The translations under genes and the position numbers were made by a program. Below the pieces are notes generated by a model. It was not told the origin of the DNA and did no database searches. It saw only the letters and a program-made list of their open reading frames with translations. This document shows, one piece after another, positions 9,119 through 18,094 of a DNA stretch of 64,000 nt. Positions within the stretch are counted from its first letter, which is position 1. Every line of letters starts with the position of its first letter. This DNA comes from a bacterium (GTDB lineage: Bacteria; Electryoneota; Electryoneia; Electryoneales; Electryoneaceae), in assembly GCA_963675295.2 (NCBI GenBank), contig CAXXKJ010000002.1, positions 1,632,001-1,696,000 on the forward strand, in the 5' to 3' direction.

Positions 9119-11401
9119 TCAACGCACCAGCATCACCTTCTGCACCTGATCCAGCTGGCCGGGGACGGTCGCGCGGACGAAATACAGCCCGCTGGCAAGG
9201 TTTGTGGCGTCGAACGTGAAGCGGTGGGTTCCGGCGGCATAGGAACCCTGTGCCAGATCGGCGACACGCTGGCCGGTCACGTTGTAGACGGTTACGCTCA
9301 GGTCGGCTGTTTCCGGCAGGCTGACACGAACCGTCGTCGCCGGATTGAACGGGTTCGGATACGCATTCAGCAGACGGAACTCGGACGGGACCACGTTCGT
9401 CACCTCGCCCGATGCATCCGCGGACACACCAAACTGGCCACCGCTGGTCCATTCACTCGGATCGAACTCGAACTCGCCGTCCGTCGCCAGCCCCAGTTTG
9501 AGGAAGCTGAAGTCATCGGACAACTGCGGACCCTGGTTGTAGCCGACAACTCCGTGGAAATAGTACGTTCCGCCCGGTGCGCTGCCTGGAATGTCCTGTG
9601 TCAGCCCCATCACGCTGTACGTCATGAACGGCGTGACATTGAAGATCACATTCGTCAACGGACCGTACGTGTTGCCATCCGGGGCATCCACGTAGGTGCG
9701 GTAGCGAACGTTCGGCGCACTCATCCCCGTGTTGTTGATCAGCTCGGCGTTGTATTCAATCGTGCCACCTTCCGGCTGAATCACCAGCTGCAACGGCGTC
9801 AGACCGAAGAAGAAGTCCTGCTGCGCGCCGCCGCCCTGAACGTAGATCGAGACGTTGTCGATGCCCCAGTAGAGGCCGTCGTCGTCGCCGTAGTCGTCGT
9901 AGAGGAACCCGATCCGCGCGGTTGAACCGCCGGTCATGTACTCCGTGAAGTCCCAGACCGCATGACCCGTATCCGGCATCGTATCGTGATACAGATAGAC
10001 CGGATGCCATTCGCCGTCGTTCAACTGGTACTGGATGTGGCCGTACTGTGCGGCGAGATCCGCGAACAGGTGGTCAAACTCGATAATCACCAGGCCCGCT
10101 TCGTTGACATCAAATTCCGGCGAAACCAGGCGCTCCTCATGCTCTGTACCACCACCACCAATGTCGCTGACCAGCATGTACGGCGTGTCGAAGAGGGCTT
10201 CTTCGCTGCCATCATCCAGGTGCCAGGTGTGATCCTGATCCTGCGTTTCAACACTCCAGTCCGCGGGCAGACCGTTGTCGAAATCGGCCGCAATCACGAC
10301 ATTCGTCGGATTCTTGTACAGCACACCCGCCGAATCTGACATCGACTCGCCTTCGTCGTACTGCGCGGTGACCAGGTAGTCATGCAACCCATAGTCGTTC
10401 AACGATTCACTGAAGGTTACCTCGGACGGCTGGCCAACCAACTGGCCATCGCGGTATACGTTGTAGTGGAGGAATTCGTCCAGCTCACGCGTGCCGCTGT
10501 TCGGATCGAAGAATCCAGCTGCTACCAGCGGGATCTCCGCCTCTGTCCGGTGAACCTGATCCGCGGACAGCTCCGGCGCACGCATCAGATCGTTTTCATG
10601 GATCAACGACTGCGGCAGGATCATTTGCTGTGGAATAGATGCTGACTCTGCGCCCGCTCCAGCGTACTCATCAATGCCGACAAATTCCCATTGAATCGTG
10701 CCAAAATGACCAAAGCCGGACCCATCCTCGGCACCACCGGTTCCGAAGTAGCCGGTCGGGGCGTTCGGTTCGTACGCGTGCTGCACTTCGTGGCCATTGA
10801 TGTAGAACACGATGCTGTCGTCCTCATAAGCGACGCTCAGCGTGTTGAAGCGATCAAGGCCGTTATTGATCACCGGCGTGTAGCGCCAGGAGTTCAGGTA
10901 GTACGCGACCCCGTCAATCAGCTTCAGGACGTAATACTGTCCCTCGTAATCACCCGTCTCATAGCCAGGCGTCATCGAAAAAATGTAGCCGTTACTGGTG
11001 TCCTGGGGATAATGCCCTTCGGTGAACAGGAACATCGACATCGCATAATGGGGATTGCCGCTGATCTTCGCGAAATTCAGCTCGAAGATGCCATTGTTGT
11101 ACATCTGGTTGCCGTAATACGCGGAAGTCCAGGATCCCTCGCTGCTGCCCCAGGCATACCAGGATGACGTCAACCGCCCGTCTTCCACAGTCCAGTCACC
11201 CGGGTAGTCGAAAACCCACCCCTGCGCCGAACCATCTTCAAAATCGTCGAAATAATCCGCCGCGAACGGCGCCATCCAGTCCACCGTCGCCGTGCCGTTC
11301 ATGTCCACCGACGCACGCGCATTGACCGGCGGCGGGGTTTGCGCCATGACCGCAGTGGCCAGCAGTACAATCATCAGTGCCAGAATAAAGATCTTTCTCA
11401 T
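9119..11401 (-). CDS. Secreted adhesin-like protein (lectin/LamG-like, Fn3-like and cleaved-adhesin/MAM-like domains) with T9SS sorting domain
   Basis: Signal MRKIFILALMIVLLATAVMA-Q after GGAGAG; YNVYRDG...VTAQYDEGES; ADFDNGLPADW...LVSPEFD; YPNPFNP tail. Confidence 0.82.
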   Translation of the reverse strand: MRKIFILALMIVLLATAVMAQTPPPVNARASVDMNGTATVDWMAPFAADYFDDFEDGSAQGWVFDYPGDWTVEDGRLTSSWYAWGSSEGSWTSAYYGNQMYNNGIFELNFAKISGNPHYAMSMFLFTEGHYPQDTSNGYIFSMTPGYETGDYEGQYYVLKLIDGVAYYLNSWRYTPVINNGLDRFNTLSVAYEDDSIVFYINGHEVQHAYEPNAPTGYFGTGGAEDGSGFGHFGTIQWEFVGIDEYAGAGAESASIPQQMILPQSLIHENDLMRAPELSADQVHRTEAEIPLVAAGFFDPNSGTRELDEFLHYNVYRDGQLVGQPSEVTFSESLNDYGLHDYLVTAQYDEGESMSDSAGVLYKNPTNVVIAADFDNGLPADWSVETQDQDHTWHLDDGSEEALFDTPYMLVSDIGGGGTEHEERLVSPEFDVNEAGLVIIEFDHLFADLAAQYGHIQYQLNDGEWHPVYLYHDTMPDTGHAVWDFTEYMTGGSTARIGFLYDDYGDDDGLYWGIDNVSIYVQGGGAQQDFFFGLTPLQLVIQPEGGTIEYNAELINNTGMSAPNVRYRTYVDAPDGNTYGPLTNVIFNVTPFMTYSVMGLTQDIPGSAPGGTYYFHGVVGYNQGPQLSDDFSFLKLGLATDGEFEFDPSEWTSGGQFGVSADASGEVTNVVPSEFRLLNAYPNPFNPATTVRVSLPETADLSVTVYNVTGQRVADLAQGSYAAGTHRFTFDATNLASGLYFVRATVPGQLDQVQKVMLVR

Positions 11402-11864
11402 CGTTCTCTCCATGTCTTCGGAACGGTACAACCCATCAAATCACAGGAAACCGTTTCGTCAGTTCTCCGTTGCGAATGCACCCATCCAAGCATTCGCAAC
11501 TGCTATGCCATTCAAACTATTTACCTATATTGGGGTTAATATTTATCTTGTTCTATTATGAACATATCCGAACAATGTGTAACTTTAACTCTCCGAGCGA
11601 ACCGCCGCCAGCACTAACTATCCTCTCAATCTCCAGATCATCGGCAAAGTTAGACACTCCTTACTTTTGTTGGTGTCAGCTGTCATTCTTACGAAAAGCC
11701 CAATTCACCAAATCGTAGCTGTTGATTTCACAGAGGTTACACTCTGAGGATTGTCCGACAATCCCCAACCACGCTGTTCTGTTGTGACGCAACCGGCTTC
11801 GCCCCTGAATGACGAAATCGGCTCATTCTGCCACATGTCATGCCGTCAGTTTTCGCCTCCTCGA

Positions 11865-11904
11865 GTAAAGTACGCTTGACATAATGTAAGGTAAGCATTA
11901 CTTT
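11865..11904 (+). promoter_or_regulatory. Sigma70 promoter overlapped by two 16-bp operator-like sites
   Basis: TTGACA 11876-11881, 17-bp spacer, TACTTT 11899-11904; GTAAAGTACGCTTGAC and GTAAGGTAAGCATTAC. Confidence 0.65.
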
Positions 11905-11955
11905 GCATCTCGATTGATCAATGGCGATCCGTCGTTCCAAGCCTTGGGGGATACG

Positions 11956-12543
11956 ATGAACATCTGGATGGTGCTGGCACTGGTGGGCGTGATTGTCCTC
12001 GCCGTCGCCGGTTTGCTGCTCGCGTGGGGGTCGGTGAAGCGATACCGTGCGGTGATCCGTGCGGAAAAGGCCAGCGGCGAAACGGTTAAAATTCCCGCCT
12101 CACCGATCCAACGGCGGGCGATGCTGAGCCTGGTAGTGGGCATCTCTGCGTTGATCGCGGTGATCCTGCTGCTGATCGAAAATGGAGTGGTTGCCGTGTT
12201 TGCCGTGGACTCTCTCCGACACACATTTACCGTGATCCTGCTCTCGGCGATCCTGATTAACGGCGCCCTGATCCTGCCGTTGCAACACCGGAAAACGAAC
12301 CTGCAGCTACTTGACGAACGTGACCGGCAGATCCTCAGGGGCGCGCCGTCGTTCCAGGCGTCTGCGCTGATCCTGATGAGCGCGCTGTGGGGCATTGCCC
12401 TGACCGAAACGTTCTGGGCGGAACGCGCGATTCCGGTCGATTACGCCTACCTGATGTTCTGGATTAACGCAATGGTGTATTTCATCGCGTGGCCGATGGG
12501 GGTTTTCTTCGGTTACTGGAGGATGAATACCTATGGCGACTGA
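11956..12543 (+). CDS. Membrane protein (DUF2178-like, DERD motif)
   Basis: About 5 hydrophobic helices, LDERDRQI; overlaps the XRE regulator gene. Confidence 0.7.
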   Translation: MNIWMVLALVGVIVLAVAGLLLAWGSVKRYRAVIRAEKASGETVKIPASPIQRRAMLSLVVGISALIAVILLLIENGVVAVFAVDSLRHTFTVILLSAILINGALILPLQHRKTNLQLLDERDRQILRGAPSFQASALILMSALWGIALTETFWAERAIPVDYAYLMFWINAMVYFIAWPMGVFFGYWRMNTYGD

Positions 12544-12748
12544 GCGTGTGACCAACTGCCTGCGACGCATGCGGTTCGACCACGACGAGATGACTCAGCA
12601 ACAGCTCGCGGAACAGGTCGGCTGCTCACGCCAGACCATCATCGCGCTGGAGGCGGGCAAGTATCAGCCGTCGATCCAACTGGCGTTTAAGCTGGCGCGG
12701 GTGTTCGACCGGGCAATCGAGGACATCTTTCAACTCGTCGAGGAATGA
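12533..12748 (+). CDS. XRE-family HTH transcriptional regulator
   Basis: MTQQQLAEQVGCSRQTIIALEAGKYQPSIQLAFKLA. Confidence 0.93.
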   Translation: MATERVTNCLRRMRFDHDEMTQQQLAEQVGCSRQTIIALEAGKYQPSIQLAFKLARVFDRAIEDIFQLVEE

Positions 12749-12769
12749 CTCGCAGCGCCGTGATGCGAC

Positions 12770-12798
12770 AAAAAACCGGACCCCGTCAAGAGGTCCGG
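12770..12798 (-). terminator. Intrinsic terminator between convergent genes
   Basis: CCGGACC/GGTCCGG stem with A6 on + (T6 on -). Confidence 0.65.
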
Positions 12799-12840
12799 CC
12801 TTGGTAATCATCAATAGCGGATCGTGCCCGCTGAACATAC

Positions 12841-13668
12841 TTACTTCAGGTATTGCAGCTTCATCGTCTGCACCCAGCCCTGATCGTTGACCGCGCGCAG
12901 GAAGTACGTGCCAGCGCTGGTCTGCGGCTGCCAGCTCAACACATACTGGCCCGGGCTCAGCTGGCCCTGATGCAGCGTCTCAACCAACCGGCCGAGGATA
13001 TCATAGATCCCGATCGTGGTGCTCGCCACCGTCGCAGCGTCCAACTGGATCGTCACCTGGTTGTTGAACGGGTTCGGATAGACCTTCGCAAGTTCCCACT
13101 GGTTCGGCGCGAGGCCAATGTTGCGTTCGGTGACATCATTGACATTTTCGGTCATCACGAAGGTGTTCGTGTAGATGTGGTCACCGCTGGTGCTGAAGTT
13201 GTTGTTGGCAGCGTTGGCAGCCACGTAGAACGTGACATCACCCGTTCCCGGTGCCGGGGCGAACCAGTTGAAGCTCCACTGGTTGCTACCGGTCTGGCCC
13301 GGGTCGGTGCCGCCGGACGTCTGCTTGATGTAGTTGCCGCTCAATTGGGTACGCGACGCCTGCAGCAGTTCCATCGATCCCACCGGGTTGTTCTGGTCGT
13401 CCATCGCGATCAATTCGAAGCCCCAACGGGATGCGTTCGGATCGGTCACCTCAACCGACACCGAATACCCTTCGCCAGGATCGTAGCTGGTCAACGTGAT
13501 GACATCCACCGACCCGTCGCCTTCATTGACCCCAAACGAGGAATGGCACTGGGTGCAGTTGTTCATCGCCGGCGGATCACCAGCGGTACCATCCGGAGGG
13601 CCGGAACTGAACGCAAACACACTCATCGGAAGCAGTGATACCAACAGCAGTAGCAAGACATGTCGCAT
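12841..13668 (-). CDS. Reeler-like (choice-of-anchor V) secreted protein with CxxCH motif and T9SS sorting domain
   Basis: Signal peptide, SSGPP..G.P...CTQCH, WSFNWFAPAPGTGDVTFYVAANAAN, YPNPFN tail. Confidence 0.82.
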   Translation of the reverse strand: MRHVLLLLLVSLLPMSVFAFSSGPPDGTAGDPPAMNNCTQCHSSFGVNEGDGSVDVITLTSYDPGEGYSVSVEVTDPNASRWGFELIAMDDQNNPVGSMELLQASRTQLSGNYIKQTSGGTDPGQTGSNQWSFNWFAPAPGTGDVTFYVAANAANNNFSTSGDHIYTNTFVMTENVNDVTERNIGLAPNQWELAKVYPNPFNNQVTIQLDAATVASTTIGIYDILGRLVETLHQGQLSPGQYVLSWQPQTSAGTYFLRAVNDQGWVQTMKLQYLK

Positions 13669-14022
13669 GGGATTTCCCCCGCTTTCGTTAACCTGAGTGA
13701 ACCGTCTCTTCCCAAATCTCTGTTTCATCGCCGCACATTTGTGCGAACTTGAGACGCCAATATGTTAGGCGTACCTCACTTTCGCAAGAACAATGCCGGT
13801 CACCCGAGAGGGCGGAGGTAGTTCGCGGCACGATTCACAACATATTGCGCAACTCGTTACCAAAGTGGCAGTTAGCCATTGTCGAGAAAAACAGCTAGTC
13901 AGCAGAATCCAATGCCAAGAGAGACCCGGCATCTCACTTTCATTGTCCGATATGAGCCACCCACCAGTGAACATTTGATCCGAGCTCTTGGATCTACACG
14001 CTGATCATCATTACGTTCAGCC

Positions 14023-15393
14023 ATGGCCAAAACAAAAACACGCTACGTCTGCCAGAACTGCGGCGCGGTCCAGCCGCGGTGGATGGGGAAATGTCCGTCC
14101 TGCGAGGAGTGGAACACGCTCGTCGAGGAAATCCTGCCGGGAAAACGGTCCGCCGGAAATACACCCGGCAAGGCACGCACCGAACCCTCGGTGCTCGCCG
14201 ACATCCCGCCGGAACGCGCGGCTCGAACGGCCTCCACCATCCCCGAGCTCGACCGTGTGCTCGGCGGTGGCTTTGTCGCCGGAACCACGGTCCTGATCGG
14301 CGGCGACCCGGGCATCGGCAAGTCCACGCTGCTGCTGCAGGCGGCGTCGACCGTCGCCGCGGAAGGCGCGGGAGTCCTCTACATCACGGCGGAAGAAGCC
14401 CCGGCGCAGCTGCGTTTACGTGCCGACCGGCTCGAGCTGCCATGCCGGGATTTCCAGGTGTTAGGCGAGGCCGATTGCGACCTCGCGCTCAACTGGACCC
14501 GTGAGCTGAAACCGGAACTGATCGTCGTCGATTCGATCCAGACCAGCCGTCGCAGCGAACTCGAATCCGCGCCCGGAACCGTCTCGCAGGTGCGTGAAGT
14601 CGCCAACCTGTGGGCGGAGTACGCGCGCGAATCCGGCGCGACCGTCGCGCTGGTCGGCCATGTCACCAAGGAAGGGTCACTCGCCGGGCCACGGGTGATC
14701 GAGCACCTCGTCGACACGGTGCTGATGTTCGAAAGTGACTCGCTGGGGTCCGTTCGCATCCTGCGTGTGCTGAAAAACCGACACGGCGCAACCGGCGAGC
14801 TCGGCGTCTTCGAGATGAGCGGACGCGGATTGATCAGCGTCTCCGACCCGTCGCAACGCTTCCTCCACCGCCGCGACAAACCGGTCAGCGGAGTGTCTGT
14901 CGCCCCGGTGATCCGTGGAGCGCGCCCGTTGCTGATTGAACTGCAGGCGCTGGTCACCTCCTCCCCGTACGCCGCGCCGCAGCGCAACGCGACCGGCGTC
15001 GACCAGAAACGCCTCGCGATGTGGATCGCCGTGCTCGAAAAACAGGTCGGGCTCGGACTTGCGGGACGCGACATCTTTTTCAACGCCACCGGCGGCGTGC
15101 GCCTCGACGATTCCGGCGCAGACCTCGCCGCCTGCGCTGCGATCCATTCCAGTTTGACTGATCGTCCCCTCGACCCAGCGACGGTCCTGATCGGCGAGGT
15201 CGGACTGACCGGCGAAATCCGTGCCGCACCGGCGATGGAGCGACGGTTGAGCGAAGCTGCCCACCGCTCGTTCAAGCGCGCTGTCGTGCCGAAAGGCTCC
15301 ATCGCCGAAGCGCCGAAAGGGATTGACGTCGCCGAAGTCACGTCATTGGAGCACGCCATCGAAACCGCGTTGGCGGGGGGTGGATTGGGATAG
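14023..15393 (+). CDS. radA: DNA repair protein RadA/Sms
   Basis: CQNC..CPSC Zn finger, GDPGIGKST, KNRHG, Lon-like C-terminus. Confidence 0.97.
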   Translation: MAKTKTRYVCQNCGAVQPRWMGKCPSCEEWNTLVEEILPGKRSAGNTPGKARTEPSVLADIPPERAARTASTIPELDRVLGGGFVAGTTVLIGGDPGIGKSTLLLQAASTVAAEGAGVLYITAEEAPAQLRLRADRLELPCRDFQVLGEADCDLALNWTRELKPELIVVDSIQTSRRSELESAPGTVSQVREVANLWAEYARESGATVALVGHVTKEGSLAGPRVIEHLVDTVLMFESDSLGSVRILRVLKNRHGATGELGVFEMSGRGLISVSDPSQRFLHRRDKPVSGVSVAPVIRGARPLLIELQALVTSSPYAAPQRNATGVDQKRLAMWIAVLEKQVGLGLAGRDIFFNATGGVRLDDSGADLAACAAIHSSLTDRPLDPATVLIGEVGLTGEIRAAPAMERRLSEAAHRSFKRAVVPKGSIAEAPKGIDVAEVTSLEHAIETALAGGGLG

Positions 15394-15531
15394 CTGGAAA
15401 ATCAGTCAAAGTGCTGAAATGTAGAGCAAATCGCATCGAGTTGACGTACATTGCGATTCAGTACTTTTCACCTGTCGGGCAGCTTGGGTCATGTTCAGGG
15501 GGAGAGAACCATGAGAAAGCTCGCCATCCTG
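15391..15531 (+). repeat. Duplicated upstream/leader block, copy 1 (copy 2 at 20002-20139)
   Basis: TAGCTGGAA..AGTC.AAGTGCTGAAATGT.GAGCAAATCGC...TACATTGCG.TTCAGTACTTT...CGGGCAGCTTGGGTCA...GGGGAGAGAACCATGAGAAAGCTCGCCAT is shared by both copies. Confidence 0.9.
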
Positions 15532-18054
15532 TTTTTTGCCATCCTCATCGGCACCACTGCCACTGCGCAGGATAGCCTTAATGTCAGTAAGGTGAGTTCG
15601 CTCCTCAACGGCTGGCGTGATGCGCAGTCCGTTGATGCCGTTGGTTCTTATGCCTATGTGACAACTACATATTCAGGACTAAAGATTGTTGACGTCAGTA
15701 ATCCATCTGCGCCGGTTGCCGTGGGTAGCTTTTTTTCAGGAGAATATGGATACGAAGTAGAAGTAACTGGAGAGTATGCTTACTTCGCCAATTCAGATGA
15801 TGGAGTTCACATTCTTGATGTATCTGATCCAGCAAACCCTGTTCAAGTCGGAATTTGCAGTACATCTGATCAAGCTCGAGGGGTAACAGTTACTGGAGAT
15901 TATGCATACATCGCCGATCATTATGCAGGTCTGAGAATATTTGACATCAGTGACCCTGCATCTCCTTTTGAAGTTGGCTTTTGTTCTACACCTGATCATG
16001 CATCTAAAGTTGCTGTCTCAGGTAGTTATGCTATCGTCGCAGACTGGATGGGTGGCTTGAAAATTATTGACGTTAGCGATCCATCCATACCCGTGTGTAT
16101 CAGCACTTTTCAGACACCAAGCGACGCGCTGGATGTTTTTATATCAAATGATTTGGCTTATGTTGCTTCTCAATCGACAGGACTACATATTATTGATATT
16201 AGCGATCCATATAATCCGTATCAAGTCGGTTTTTATGATACTTCAGGTAATGTTAAATCCCTAGATTTTGTTAATGAATTTGTTTACATAACGAATGGCA
16301 ATGGCATCAGTGTTATTAATGTAAGTAATCCGGCCTTACCTTTTGAAGTTGGATTCTGCGAATCTCCAGATTTTGCACAAGGTGTCTCTGTCCAAGGTGA
16401 TTATGCATATGTTGCAGATTGGGAAAAAGGTATGAGAGTAGTCGATGTAGCTAACCCGTACAACCCAATTGAAATTTCTTTTATTGACCCTGGCATGATT
16501 TATGATGTTGTATATAGTGATAATTATGCCTTCCTGGCTAATGGCGATACAGGTCTATGTATTATTGATTTATCGGATGCATTACATCCATTTGTAGTTT
16601 CTACTTTTCACACTTCGGTTGAAACCAAAAAAATCACTGTAGCTAATGAATATGTCTATATTGCAGATTCAGGGCTGCGAGTTATTGACATCAGTAATAT
16701 TGAAATACCAACGGAAGTTGGATTCTTGGAAACTGATCATACTCCTCGCGATCTTGCGTTCGAAAACAACTACATTTACGCGTCAGCTGGTAATTATATA
16801 TTGATTATTGATGTATCTAATCCTAACCAACCAACACTAGTAGCAGATTACTATTTACAATGGTTATCGGCAAACGCAGTATTTGCTACAGGTGATTATA
16901 TTTATATAGTTGAGAATTGGGCAGATTATTATTCCTATATGCTTGTACTTGACGTTTCAAATCCATTAATACCTCAAGAAGTTTGTTCTTATTACTTGTC
17001 TGAAGAAATTCCTAAAGATATATTTGTAAGTGGTAATTATGCGTATATAGCTGTTGAATCTACTGGAATGCGGGTATTTGATATTACTAATCCTGCCTTA
17101 CCTTTTGAAGTTGATTGGATTGATACTGATAATGCAGTAAGTGTTTATATATCTGGTAATTATGCCTTTTTAGCTGCTGGCGGTTCTGGACTGCGCGTAA
17201 TCGATATCAGCGATCCATATAATCTGGATGAAGTTGGTTACTATGATACAGAAGGGTATTCATATGGTGTAACCGTTCATAATGGATATGCTGGTATTGC
17301 AGATTACTACTCCTTTTCCATTTTCGATTGCACGGAAGCTACACCCCCGTCGCTGATCGACGTCATCCTCATACCACCTCAACAGCTGGTCATACCCCGG
17401 GGTGGTAGTTTTCAGTACGACGCACTTCTGATGAGTAACCTGCCTGCGCCGACACGCGTCGACATCTGGACCTTTGTCGTTCAACCCAATGGTAATCCAT
17501 ATGGTCCCATTTTGCGGATCCTTGGCTTCCCGTTCACCCCAAACACGATCATCGAGGCGAATGCGATCACTCAGTATGTCCCAATTGGTGCGCCGCTTGG
17601 AATGTATACCTATCACCTGAATGCTGGACGATTCCCGAGGCGAATAGCGGAAGGCGACCAATTCAGTTTTGAGGTTGTAGAAACCTTGAACGCTGAGGGT
17701 GACCAGCAATCTACATGGTCAGCCTGGGGTTATGAGCAAGCATTTGGTAGGAATACAGGCATCCGTCTGAATGGGTTGGAACTGCCAGATGAGTTCGATC
17801 TGCTTGAGGCCTATCCCAATCCGTTCAACCCATCGACGAATCTCACCGTTGAACTTCCGGCACAGACTGATCTGACCGTCATTGTGTACAACATAAATGG
17901 TCAACAGGTTGCCGAACTGGTCAACGGCAGCTACCCTGCCGGTTCACACACCTTGACTTTCGACGGATCCGACCAGGCAAGCGGCCTATACTTCGTCCGA
18001 GCTACAGCTCCCGGACACTTCGACCAGGTACAGAAGGTGGCATTGGTGAAGTGA
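15511..18054 (+). CDS. LVIVD-repeat secreted protein with T9SS sorting domain
   Basis: Signal (ATA-Q), many YAYVAD...GL.IIDVSDP repeats, YPNPFNP tail. Confidence 0.9.
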   Translation: MRKLAILFFAILIGTTATAQDSLNVSKVSSLLNGWRDAQSVDAVGSYAYVTTTYSGLKIVDVSNPSAPVAVGSFFSGEYGYEVEVTGEYAYFANSDDGVHILDVSDPANPVQVGICSTSDQARGVTVTGDYAYIADHYAGLRIFDISDPASPFEVGFCSTPDHASKVAVSGSYAIVADWMGGLKIIDVSDPSIPVCISTFQTPSDALDVFISNDLAYVASQSTGLHIIDISDPYNPYQVGFYDTSGNVKSLDFVNEFVYITNGNGISVINVSNPALPFEVGFCESPDFAQGVSVQGDYAYVADWEKGMRVVDVANPYNPIEISFIDPGMIYDVVYSDNYAFLANGDTGLCIIDLSDALHPFVVSTFHTSVETKKITVANEYVYIADSGLRVIDISNIEIPTEVGFLETDHTPRDLAFENNYIYASAGNYILIIDVSNPNQPTLVADYYLQWLSANAVFATGDYIYIVENWADYYSYMLVLDVSNPLIPQEVCSYYLSEEIPKDIFVSGNYAYIAVESTGMRVFDITNPALPFEVDWIDTDNAVSVYISGNYAFLAAGGSGLRVIDISDPYNLDEVGYYDTEGYSYGVTVHNGYAGIADYYSFSIFDCTEATPPSLIDVILIPPQQLVIPRGGSFQYDALLMSNLPAPTRVDIWTFVVQPNGNPYGPILRILGFPFTPNTIIEANAITQYVPIGAPLGMYTYHLNAGRFPRRIAEGDQFSFEVVETLNAEGDQQSTWSAWGYEQAFGRNTGIRLNGLELPDEFDLLEAYPNPFNPSTNLTVELPAQTDLTVIVYNINGQQVAELVNGSYPAGSHTLTFDGSDQASGLYFVRATAPGHFDQVQKVALVK

Positions 18055-18094
18055 ATCTTACTGATGTAAAAAGCGCATCATGAAGGGGGTATTC

